Positions 14,800 through 23,600 of a stretch of DNA of 64,000 nucleotides are shown here, one piece after another. Under the pieces are notes generated by a model. The model was not told where the DNA came from, did no database searches, and worked only from the letters and a program-made list of their open reading frames with translations. Made by a program: the position numbers and the translations under genes. Every line of letters starts with the position of its first letter. The first letter of the stretch is position 1. This DNA comes from a virus (lineage: Duplodnaviria > Caudoviricetes), in IMG/VR virus record IMGVR_UViG_3300035675_000001; one strand, given 5' to 3'.

Positions 14800-14928
14800 G
14801 GAGCCATGCGGCGGGATTTGAACCCGCGCTCTGGATACTCGTGTCACCTTTCTCCAGGATTTGGTGCGACGCGCCACTTGGCCTCCCCGAAGTGTGACAC
14901 CCCCAGGTCGGTTGCAGTCGCCACAGGC
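14800..14928 (-). ncRNA. tRNA/tmRNA-like RNA (129 nt) with canonical T arm
   Basis: GCCTGTG/CGCATGGC acceptor-like stem with one bulge; CGAC then CTGG..GTGTCAC/GTGACAC..CCAG; GCGGG-TTCAAAT-CCCGC; ends TCC. Confidence 0.6.
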
Positions 14929-14934
14929 ATAAAT

Positions 14935-15010
14935 TGGTGGAAGTGATGGGACTCGCACCCACAACCTCAAGCTTGCAAAGCTCGCGCTCTACTAATTGAG
15001 CTACACCCCC
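14935..15010 (-). tRNA. tRNA-Ala(TGC)
   Basis: G3.T70; loop TT-TGC-AA; T-loop TGCGAGT. Confidence 0.9.
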
Positions 15011-15012
15011 AA

Positions 15013-15135
15013 TCCGAAACCGCCTGCTGTTCGGCAAGCCTCACTCCCCACAGCCGTAGAGGGACCGGTTTCCCCGGCTGAGCGTAGCGGCATTCAGCCA
15101 GGCGGAAGTCTCTTTCAACCGCCCAGCTTATCGGA
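15013..15135 (-). ncRNA. Candidate multi-hairpin structured RNA
   Basis: TCCGA/TCGGA closure; GGGCGG/CCGCCT; GGCTGA/TCAGCC; CCGG-GGAAA-CCGG. Confidence 0.45.
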
Positions 15136-15141
15136 AAATAT

Positions 15142-15266
15142 ACGGAGGCCGGTATCCAGCCCGGACTCACGGCCTTGAACGGAACGCCTGTTGCGGTCAG
15201 CGAAATCGCCTCCTACCAGGTGTCCACCGCAGCCGGGAGCTTCGCATTGGGTTGCGAGCACTCCGC
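15142..15266 (-). ncRNA. Candidate tRNA-like structured RNA
   Basis: GCGGAG/CTCCGT closure; TCGCA-ACCCAA-TGCGA; TGCGGT/ACCGCA; CCGG-GCTGGATA-CCGG. Confidence 0.45.
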
Positions 15267-15272
15267 GTTAAA

Positions 15273-15346
15273 TGGAGCGGGTGAGCGGTAACGATCCGCC
15301 GTCTCAGCGTTGGCAACGCCGTATTCTGCCATTGAACCACACCCGC
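15273..15346 (-). tRNA. tRNA-Gly(GCC)
   Basis: T73; loop TT-GCC-AA; T-loop ATCGTTA. Confidence 0.9.
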
Positions 15347-15351
15347 AGAAA

Positions 15352-15429
15352 TGGGGTGGACGACCGGACTTGCACCGGCACCGGGCAGGTTCACAACCTG
15401 CGGCTACCACTATTTGAGCTACGTCCACC
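15352..15429 (-). tRNA. tRNA-His(GTG)
   Basis: G-1:C73 encoded; loop TT-GTG-AA; T-loop TGCAAGT. Confidence 0.9.
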
Positions 15430-15433
15430 ATGA

Positions 15434-15494
15434 TGGTTTTAGGAAAACCCATCGTTTTACTGTTCCACTAAAACGATGGGTTTTCCTAAAACCA
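15434..15494. repeat. Perfect 26-bp inverted repeat with 9-nt spacer
   Basis: tggttttaggaaaacccatcgtttta-ctgttccac-taaaacgatgggttttcctaaaacca. Confidence 0.95.
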
Positions 15495-15547
15495 AGAAAT
15501 CAAAGCCCCACGGCCTCCACCTATGTTTGTGGATTGGGCCGTGGGGC
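15494..15547 (-). terminator. Possible intrinsic terminator
   Basis: GCCCCACGGCC/GGCCGTGGGGC stem followed by TTTGATTTCTT (interrupted U tract). Confidence 0.5.
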
Positions 15548-15669
15548 GTTTCAACAAAGAACACACACTATGACAAGTTTTCCTCTTGAACCCGCAAGTC
15601 TTCCACGGCGGTCTTCGCTGCATTATCGGCGCAGCTCTCGGCTCCCTGCGGAGCATGTGTGCTAAAATG

Positions 15670-15704
15670 AAAAAACCCTGCTACTCTTTCGGGTAGCAGG
15701 GTTT
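15670..15704 (-). terminator. Intrinsic terminator (attenuator-type)
   Basis: AAACCCTGCTACCC-GAAA-GAGTAGCAGGG-TTTTTT. Confidence 0.8.
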
Positions 15705-15723
15705 CAAAAATCTGGTTCGTCCG

Positions 15724-15870
15724 TTATCCTGCTACCTCCTGGCCTGGTTCGAGTGTGCTACGGACAGCAAAGCACAACGTGGCCTTATCCCACCCTTGAA
15801 TCGGGGCAGAATAATTCGCCCGACCCGCAGTGGCGGGCTTCGGCGACACGTTATGTTTCATTGACATCAT
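15724..15870 (-). CDS. Putative attenuator leader peptide (48 aa)
   Basis: Starts about 7 nt after a -10 box; last codons carry GGTAGCAGG, complementary to the terminator 5' arm. Confidence 0.5.
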   Translation of the reverse strand: MMSMKHNVSPKPATAGRANYSAPIQGWDKATLCFAVRSTLEPGQEVAG

Positions 15871-15877
15871 CGCGGAC

Positions 15878-15906
15878 ACTCTAAATCCGTTTTGTTTACG
15901 GTGCAA
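15878..15906 (-). promoter_or_regulatory. Sigma70-type promoter facing the tRNA array
   Basis: TTGCAC-17 nt-TAGAGT. Confidence 0.6.
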
Positions 15907-15973
15907 GCATTTTCTCAACTTTTTTTCGTTTACACAACCCATTGAGCGCCAAGGCTCAACAGGCGGTGTGCGA

Positions 15974-17983
15974 TTATTCCTCGAAATTTTTTGTCACGAC
16001 GGGCATCGGAACACCGAGCATTTGATACAATTCCTCCTCCGAAATGACCCGCGTGCCGTGCTTCATCGCGCCTGCGGCCTTGTTGTTGCCGCCGCCAACA
16101 CCTTGCACCAGAAAATCCACCTTCTTGGTGACCTGCCCCTTGACGATGCCGCCGTGCTGCTCGATCAACGCGCTCACGTCATCGCGGCGACCGCTCTGGA
16201 GAGCGCCGGTGATGCAGAAGGTTTTTCCGCTCAGCACGCCTGCGGCTTTGCGGTCCTCCTCAAAGTAGAACTCGTGGCCCGCCAGCGCCGTCAGCTCGGT
16301 CTCGATGTTCTTGTCCAGCCAGGTCATGAGGCTGATGGTGCGCGATTCTTCGATCAACTCCTGGACTTCATCCTGGTTGGCCGACATCTCGCTCAAGCTG
16401 CTGAACCGCCCGGCCAAAGTCTGGCAGGTGACCTTGCCGATCTCGTCGATATTCAGCGCCGACAGCTTGCGCCAGAGCGGTGCGGACTTGGCCTTCTCCA
16501 ACCCCTCGCGCATTTTCTTGGCCGTGGCCGGTTTCAAAAAGCTGAAATCCTTGATCGCATACAGGTCCGAAAGCTTCTTCACGTCGGCCTTGTCCATCAG
16601 CGTCCGCACCGTCGTTTCACCACAGCCGTCAATGTCGAGAGCGTCCTTGCCCACCGCGTAAACCAGCCGAGCAAACACCTGGTCGTCGCAGTCAGGATTG
16701 ACACAGTAGGAGTGAACCATGCCTGGGGGCCGCTCCAGGGGAGTCGAGCAGCATGGGCAGGTCTTGGGCATCTGGTAGCTCTTGCCGTGATTCTTCTTGG
16801 TCGGCGAAGGCCGCGCCAGGCCCACGATCTTCGGGATCACTTCGCCGCTGCGCTGGACGAGCACGTAATCGCCCACGTCAATACCGAGACGGTCCAGCTC
16901 ATCCTGGTTGCAGAGCGAAGCGCGGGCGACCATCGCCCCACCCAAGTTCACCGGCTGCAATTCCGCAACCGGCGTCACCTGACCGGTCTTGCCAACCTGG
17001 ATGATGACGGCGTTCAGGCGCGTCTCCTTGGTCTCAGGCGGGAACTTGAAAGCCGCGCCCCACTTCGGGGACCGCTCCCCTTCGCCCAGGTCGCGCTGCT
17101 TTTCCAGGGAGTTGACCTTTATGACCAGTCCGTCCGTATCCATGTCCAGGGCCTTGCGGTAGCCGTCCAGGTGTTGGATCGCGGGCATCAGCTCCTCGTT
17201 GGCCAGACAGGTCATATAGGGCAACCCAGCCATGTCCTGGCGGACGGGGAGGGTCAGGGTGCTGGGGAAGCCCAGGCTTTCGAGGTATTCCAGCAGGGCC
17301 TCCTGGGTGGTCACGGCTGCTGGCAGGTCGGAAGGAACGCTGTAGGCGGCAAAGCTGAGCTTACGCTTGGCGACCTCCCTGGAATCTTTGAGGAGCATAC
17401 TGCCGGAAGCTCCATTGCGCGGGTTAGCCAAGCGGTCGCCTTCGGACACGCTGGCGTTGTAGGCGTTGAACGAGGTCAAGCTCCAGTAGATTTCGCCTCG
17501 GACCTCGATGGTGACCGGCTTTCGGAGAACCAGGGGGATGGAGTGGACCGTCCTGGCGTTCTCGGTCACGTCTGCGCCCTCGGTGCCATTTCCACGGGTT
17601 ACCGCCTGGATGAGCTGGCCCTCCTTGTAGCTCAGGTGAAGGCTGAGGCCGTCGATTTTCATTTCCAGGATAACCTCCTGGTCCTCCAGGCCGTCGAAAA
17701 ATGTGGCGACTTCCTCGGCATTGTTGACATTATCCAGCGAGAGCATCTTGACCTTGTGCCGGATTTTTCGTAGCCCGTTGGGAATCGGGCAGCCCACGCG
17801 CATGGTGGGTGAGTTGGCGTCGGCCATTTCCGGGTGGTCTCGCTCCAGGGCAACCAGCTCACGGAACTTCTTGTCATACTCCTGGTCGGAGATGGACGGG
17901 GCGTTCGCCACGTAGTAGCGAAACGAGTGATCGGTCAGCTCCTTGCGGAGCGCCAGAATCTTTTGTGCGTCTGTCATGCTCAT
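15974..17983 (-). CDS. ligA: NAD-dependent DNA ligase
   Basis: EMKIDG (KxDG), TRGNG, SGEVIPK, Zn finger CPCC...C, C-terminal BRCT. Confidence 0.95.
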   Translation of the reverse strand: MSMTDAQKILALRKELTDHSFRYYVANAPSISDQEYDKKFRELVALERDHPEMADANSPTMRVGCPIPNGLRKIRHKVKMLSLDNVNNAEEVATFFDGLEDQEVILEMKIDGLSLHLSYKEGQLIQAVTRGNGTEGADVTENARTVHSIPLVLRKPVTIEVRGEIYWSLTSFNAYNASVSEGDRLANPRNGASGSMLLKDSREVAKRKLSFAAYSVPSDLPAAVTTQEALLEYLESLGFPSTLTLPVRQDMAGLPYMTCLANEELMPAIQHLDGYRKALDMDTDGLVIKVNSLEKQRDLGEGERSPKWGAAFKFPPETKETRLNAVIIQVGKTGQVTPVAELQPVNLGGAMVARASLCNQDELDRLGIDVGDYVLVQRSGEVIPKIVGLARPSPTKKNHGKSYQMPKTCPCCSTPLERPPGMVHSYCVNPDCDDQVFARLVYAVGKDALDIDGCGETTVRTLMDKADVKKLSDLYAIKDFSFLKPATAKKMREGLEKAKSAPLWRKLSALNIDEIGKVTCQTLAGRFSSLSEMSANQDEVQELIEESRTISLMTWLDKNIETELTALAGHEFYFEEDRKAAGVLSGKTFCITGALQSGRRDDVSALIEQHGGIVKGQVTKKVDFLVQGVGGGNNKAAGAMKHGTRVISEEELYQMLGVPMPVVTKNFEE

Positions 17984-18043
17984 AAAAATCGTTCTTTCCA
18001 TCGAAGATGACGGCTCAGATCGAAAAAGTAAACAAAATTGTGT

Positions 18044-18496
18044 ATGATGCGTGACGTGTTCCTGGACCTGCTCTACGCCTGCGGAGGAATCTCCGGTTTG
18101 GCGATCACCATTGCCATCGTGAAAGCTGCCCACGATTACGTGCGCGGAAAGATGTTTCAGCCTAAGCCACAGGTATTTCTGACTACGGCCACGGCAGGCA
18201 CCACGGCGGGCGCAACGGCCACAACCAGCCTATCGGCCAACTTCATCGCTCCGGCTCCACAGCCGGTTCAGACAGCGCCGGTCCTGGTGCAAAAAGTCGA
18301 GCCAGTTGACAGCACTTTTCCCCCTCCCGAACCCCGCGAATCCGTCCCGCCCCAAAATGAGTTTCTGCTGGAGTGCGGCAACTGCCACAAGAACATCAAA
18401 ACCCCGCCCATCAAGGTGGACGCGAAGGGGCCGGGAAAAACAGAGATGCGCTACCGCTGCGAGCACTGCGGAGCAACGGTAGCCGTGAAAGTTTAG
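18044..18496 (+). CDS. Membrane-anchored protein with C-terminal zinc ribbon
   Basis: N-terminal TM segment; CGNC...CEHC. Confidence 0.65.
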   Translation: MMRDVFLDLLYACGGISGLAITIAIVKAAHDYVRGKMFQPKPQVFLTTATAGTTAGATATTSLSANFIAPAPQPVQTAPVLVQKVEPVDSTFPPPEPRESVPPQNEFLLECGNCHKNIKTPPIKVDAKGPGKTEMRYRCEHCGATVAVKV

Positions 18497-19737
18497 CCGA
18501 TCAGCGCCCGAACGATTTCCTGGGCGCTCTCCCTCACGTCGTCGCCTTCGGCCTCGGCCATGTCAGCCTTGACCCGCTGCGCCAACTGCCGGAGCATTTG
18601 CATTCCTCGCGGCGATTTGGCGTAAAGCTCCTTCATGAAGCCGTTGAACTCATCCACACCCATCCGCTGGATGTAGGAGTAAAGGTGCATGGCCAGCTCG
18701 CGCTCATTCTCGGCGTCGGTGATGGCCACAAACTGATCCCAAAGCTGCGGTCCCAGGATCATGTGCCAGGCTTCCATGTCCACCAGGTCCGCCTTGCTGA
18801 GCACTTCCTGGCGCTCCTCCGGGTCACGAGGCAGGCTCGGCAAGGATGCCAGCTCGGTCAGACCCTTGATAATCTCTTGGATCAAGACCGGGAAGTGCAT
18901 GGCCTGGGCAGTGACCTTGGGCATCCGCCGTTGTGGTGGGGGCTGCTCCTCCGGCTGTTCAGCCTGCTCTGGCTCCTCCTCATCGGTGAAGCCGACTTTC
19001 GCCGAGCCTACCTGTAGCTCAGCTCGTGCCCCGGCAATGACGGCGCTTTGCGGGAACATCCAGTAGCCGATCTCGGTCGAGACCATGAGGGTGCCGTATG
19101 CCTTGCGAAGACCAGGATGAATGCGGTCGAGGGCCTGCCCGCCCAGCTCAAACAGGTAGTTGTTGCTGACGGCTGACCCCTGGATCAAAGCGTTGGTAAA
19201 GTGCCGCCGCTGGATCATCTTCTCGATCCACTGCTTTTCGGCTGGCGTGCGCTCCTGGCTCAGCGGCTTTTGAGCCTCCGGCTCATCGGAAGTCATGCCG
19301 CCTTCCATGCTCGGCTCCTCGGTCAGCTCCGCGTCAATCTGGATGCGGTTGGCCTCGTAAGCCTTCTTGGCGCTCTTGAACTCCGGCAGCTCGAAGACCA
19401 GCTCGATAGCCAGGGCCTCCAGCTCCTCCTTGTGAGTCGCCTCGGCCTGGGCGATCAGGCGCATGGACTGAATCAGCTTTTGCTGGATCGTGCCGAGCGC
19501 CTGGCGCGTGAGGGGGACGCCGAGATACTGCTGGCCTTTCTGGAGGATTTTCTGCCACTGGCGGGTCGCCAGGACTTCCTCGTAGTTGGTCGCGTGCTCC
19601 CCTGGCCCGGCCCGGTGTTCCGGGTAAGCAGGGTGACCTCCCAGCGGGTGCGTCCTACCGGCAATCGCCTGGTGCTTTTCCGGGTGGATCAAGCCGCTGG
19701 GATCGTCGATTGCCTCGATGATCTCCCAGGCTTTCAT
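18493..19737 (-). CDS. Hypothetical phage protein (414 aa)
   Basis: Long ORF with coding-like composition; RRHFTNALIQGS segment. Confidence 0.7.
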   Translation of the reverse strand: MKAWEIIEAIDDPSGLIHPEKHQAIAGRTHPLGGHPAYPEHRAGPGEHATNYEEVLATRQWQKILQKGQQYLGVPLTRQALGTIQQKLIQSMRLIAQAEATHKEELEALAIELVFELPEFKSAKKAYEANRIQIDAELTEEPSMEGGMTSDEPEAQKPLSQERTPAEKQWIEKMIQRRHFTNALIQGSAVSNNYLFELGGQALDRIHPGLRKAYGTLMVSTEIGYWMFPQSAVIAGARAELQVGSAKVGFTDEEEPEQAEQPEEQPPPQRRMPKVTAQAMHFPVLIQEIIKGLTELASLPSLPRDPEERQEVLSKADLVDMEAWHMILGPQLWDQFVAITDAENERELAMHLYSYIQRMGVDEFNGFMKELYAKSPRGMQMLRQLAQRVKADMAEAEGDDVRESAQEIVRALIG

Positions 19738-20654
19738 TTTCCTTCGACTTGCTCCAGCTTGACGTAGTATTGGGCGTCTTCGTCCAAGTGATCCTTGGCG
19801 ATCTTCTTGGCCTCCTCCGGGTCGTCGGTGTGCTCCAGCTCGATCTGGATGCCCTTGGCCAGCTCAGCCTCGTCGTAATTCTCGTCGGGGCGCTCGTCGG
19901 GGGCTGCCAGGGCCAGCTCGCCGCTTGATTCGTCGCCTTCGCCCGGCATCGGTTCCCCGACCGGTTCCCCGGCAGGTTGCGTGGGGGCCTGAACCACGCC
20001 CAGGATCGCCGAGACCAGTTGGTCAACGGCCTGGGTAAGCTGCTGAGCCGGTTCTCCGGCCACAACTTCGGGGTTCATGTCGGCGGTGCCAAGGATGGCT
20101 GCGATGGTGTCATCCTGGGGAGCGCCGGGACAGCCGCCCGCGTCTTCACCGGGTTCGCCGCCCTCCTCCTTGCCGAACGGGGGTTCGTCGGAGGACTCAG
20201 CTTCGCCGCCTTCCTCGCCGCCCTCGTCTTTGTCGCCGTCCTTCTCGCCTTCGTCCTCGTCTTCTTTCAGGCTCTCGGCAAAGGCCATTTCACCGAACAC
20301 GCCGATCTCGTCAAGTTGCTGGCGCGTATAGGTTTCAACGGTGCCGTCCTGGAGGAGCAGGCGCAAATTCTCGCCATCCCATTCCCAATCCTGGATGGGC
20401 TGCTGGGTTGCTTCCAGCCAGCCTTCGATGGCTTCGCTCTCGTCGCCCGCCTTGGGGTGCGGGAACGTGCCCGGTTCGTAATCCGGGGGCACGGTCCAGG
20501 GGTCTGGCGACGGCTCACGCGGAGTGCGCGGGGCAGGCGGTGCCGAAGGGGCCACATCAGGATCAACGTCCGGCGCGACATCCGGTTCAACCTCTGGTGC
20601 TGCCGGGGCCTCGTCCAGAGCGGCCAATCGTTCGATAATATCTCTCGCGTTCAC
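19734..20654 (-). CDS. Acidic Pro-rich protein with C-terminal DUF5661-like domain
   Basis: ELAKGIQIELEHTDDPEEAKKIAKDHLDEDAQYYVKL; GTAGTTA upstream. Confidence 0.75.
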   Translation of the reverse strand: MNARDIIERLAALDEAPAAPEVEPDVAPDVDPDVAPSAPPAPRTPREPSPDPWTVPPDYEPGTFPHPKAGDESEAIEGWLEATQQPIQDWEWDGENLRLLLQDGTVETYTRQQLDEIGVFGEMAFAESLKEDEDEGEKDGDKDEGGEEGGEAESSDEPPFGKEEGGEPGEDAGGCPGAPQDDTIAAILGTADMNPEVVAGEPAQQLTQAVDQLVSAILGVVQAPTQPAGEPVGEPMPGEGDESSGELALAAPDERPDENYDEAELAKGIQIELEHTDDPEEAKKIAKDHLDEDAQYYVKLEQVEGK

Positions 20655-20662
20655 GTCCTTAA

Positions 20663-23600
20663 CTACTCGTGCTTGCCCCAGGGTTGAAGCAGTTTTTCCC
20701 AGTCCGGGTTGTCCCCGGAGATTTTGTTGGTTTCCAGATAGTTTAGCCCCACTTCGGAATCGCCCGCAAGCGGCACAATCATCCAGGAAGTGTCGAAATC
20801 CGGCAACAGGCTTTCGATCACCGTGGGGATGTTGTTCATGACGTTGAACACGATGTCATGGACCTGCGGCAGCTCCTCGCGGATCGTATCCACGACTAAG
20901 CTGTCATGGACCGTGGACACCAGCAGGCTGTTCAGCCCGGCATCCCGCATAAGCGCCTCAATCGTAATCAGACAGAGGAGCATCATGTCGGAAGCCGTGC
21001 TTTGGATCAGGTGATTGCAGCCAGCGCGGAGGGCTTTGTTGCGGGCTTCGTTGTCGTCGCTCCAGATTTCCTCGAAATGGCGGACGCGGCCAAAGATGGA
21101 GACCGCCCGGCCATTCTCCTCGATGAAATTTTTGTAAACACCGAGGAACTTCTTGAGGGCCGGATACGCCTCGAAGAAGGACTCGATGATGTCCTCGCAC
21201 TCCTCCAGCGGGATATAGACCTCGTTGTTCGCAAGAACATTTTGTAAACCAAAAGCACCGCCGCCGTAACCGGTCAAAAAGTTTACAGTTTTTGCTACCT
21301 TGCGCTTGAGGTCCAGCTTCTTTGCCTGGTCGGCCTTGCCCGCCTTCTGGAGTCCTTCCATGTGCTTCTTCGTGAACTCCTCATAGCTGTGCATCCCGTC
21401 CTTCCACTTGATCTTGCTGGCCGTCAGGGAGTGAAGGTCAACGTCCTGGAGATAGGCGTTGACCATTGACTCGTCGCCGCAGGCAGCCGCCATCAGGCGC
21501 AGCTCGATCTGGCTCAGGTCCGCCGCGTAGATGCAACCGCGCCCGCCGAAGCGCGAGCTGAACAGCCGCTTGACGATGCCGTCGTTGGGAAGCTGCTGGA
21601 GGTTTGGGTCACGGCAGGACAACCGTCCCCCGCGTGTGCCCGTGAGCATGAAGCTGGCGTGGATGCAGTGGTCAACCGACAGGTGCGGCTCTTTGACCCG
21701 CTGCTTCTTATCCAGGTGCTCGGCCATCATGTTGCGGAGAGGCCGGACGTAGGTGCTGTAGAGCTTGAAGACCTTCCGGTATTCCTGGAGCGGGCGCAGG
21801 TTGGGATGATCGACCGCGAGCTTGTTCAGCGTGAACTTATCCACGGCGGCATACTGGACCTGCTCCTCGCGGCTCAGATGACCCCAGTCAGCCGGGTCGT
21901 CGCCGTAAAGCTTGCGGCCCGCCTTGGTGAACCGGTGGATCGGGCACTTGAGGATGCCGAACAACAGCTCCTTCAACTGGCCCTTGTTTTCCAGGTCCAG
22001 CTCCCAGGTTGATCCTTCGGGCGCGGATTCGGTGGGCTGCGCGGCTTCCTGGGCCTTGGTCTGGCACCACCGCTCGATGACTTCATCCACGTCCCGCAGC
22101 TTCTTCTTGGCTGCCTCGACCTTGTGCGGAAAGCCCTCCTCCTGCCGCCCCAGCTCCTCCGGGTCGATGAACATGCCCCTGGCCATCATCTTGGTCAGCG
22201 TGCGCGAGGCGGGGGAAACGATGTTGCGATAGACCCAGTGCCGGTTGGGAGCTTCGTAGCGCCGGAAGTGACCGGGACGGCCCGGCCACGCCAGAGGTAT
22301 TTTGTAAACTTTTGTTTTCTCCAGGCGCTCCTCCAGGGCATCGCGGGCCTGGTAGGTGACTTCCACGTCGCCCATGACGTAGGGTTTCAAGTGCGAGTCC
22401 CACAGCGGCTTGGGGCAGTTGGCATAGTGCCCGCCCTTGTTGTTCGCCGGGTTCATCGTGTCACCAAAGAGGTCGATTAGGAGCGTCATCTCCTCCTCGT
22501 AGCCCGCCAGGCTCGGTGCCCAGTCGTAGGCCAGCACTTCCAGGCCAAGGCTGCCCCGGCGCTGGAGCAACGTAAACGCCATGTGCCAGGTGTCCCAGCC
22601 CCCGGCGCTCGCCAGGAGGTTGATGCGGTCCTGGAGGGCGAACCAGTCCGGGTTCCATTGGCCGTCCGGCAGAAACGGTAGGTGCTCGTTCTCGCGCCTG
22701 CCGACCGTGATAATCGTGAACAGCTCGTCAAAGGTCAGGTTGTGGCCGACCACATCAGCCGTTGCCAGCAGCTCAATGACGTAAGGAACGATCTGGTCGA
22801 GGAAGGGTTTCAGCTCGCTGGTCTCGTAGTCCCAGGGGAAGCCGATGGACTCCTCCTGCTTGGTCTCCGGGTTGACCCAGCGGAACATCATGAAGACAAT
22901 CCTGGGGTCCGGCGAACGAACCACCGTGTCGGGCATCTTCTCCACCGGGATGTCCGGCGACTCACCCGAACCTTCCACCTTGACGCGGCGGAAGTGCGCC
23001 CAGGCTTTCAAGCCGGTGGTTTCGGTATCGTAAGCCAGTTTGAGCGGCTGGAAGCGGTTGGCCAGGTCGATGGCGTGCTTGAGACTTTCAATGGCCTCGT
23101 TCGGATCAGTGGTGATGCGATACCAGGGCCGGATGTAGTTGGGCGCGGGCACGCCCTCTTTGCCGACCTTGAGCGCGTAAATCAGATGCTCCTCCCACTC
23201 GCGGGTGAGCACCGGATTCTGGTAGCTCAGTATCAGGTTGCGATTCTGAACCGGCACCATCGGAATGCGAATGTCGGGCGGAGGCCCAAAGATGGGATGA
23301 CCCTTGACGAAGCCGCCTTCGTGGAGCGGATCAGGCCGGTCCAGCATGAAGTCCGGCTCTGTCAGCCAGTCGTCCGGCCAGCCGCGCCAGGTCAGTAGTT
23401 TACCCGACCAGTCCTGGGCATTGCTCTTGTGCGACAGCAGACCGAGGACGTTGGTGCCTACCGGGATCACAACCTTGGGCGGATGGAGCATCAGGTCACG
23501 AATGACGTGATAGCGGCACCAGTTGCCTTTGGTCTTGTAGTTGGGCTGCTTGCCGTCGCGGAACGCGCAGCGCGTCAGCGGCACCCAGCGGATGTCGTCG

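Noticed and set aside
15013-15266. RNase P RNA (AGTCCGGGCT resembles conserved region I)
   Set aside because: No GAGGAAAG before it and no complementary CR-V AACCCGGCTTA downstream on the same strand.
15830-17773. 647-aa plus-strand ORF (and similar long antisense ORFs such as 58015-60474)
   Set aside because: Shadow ORFs opposite ligA and the fibre gene, expected from GC-rich codon bias.
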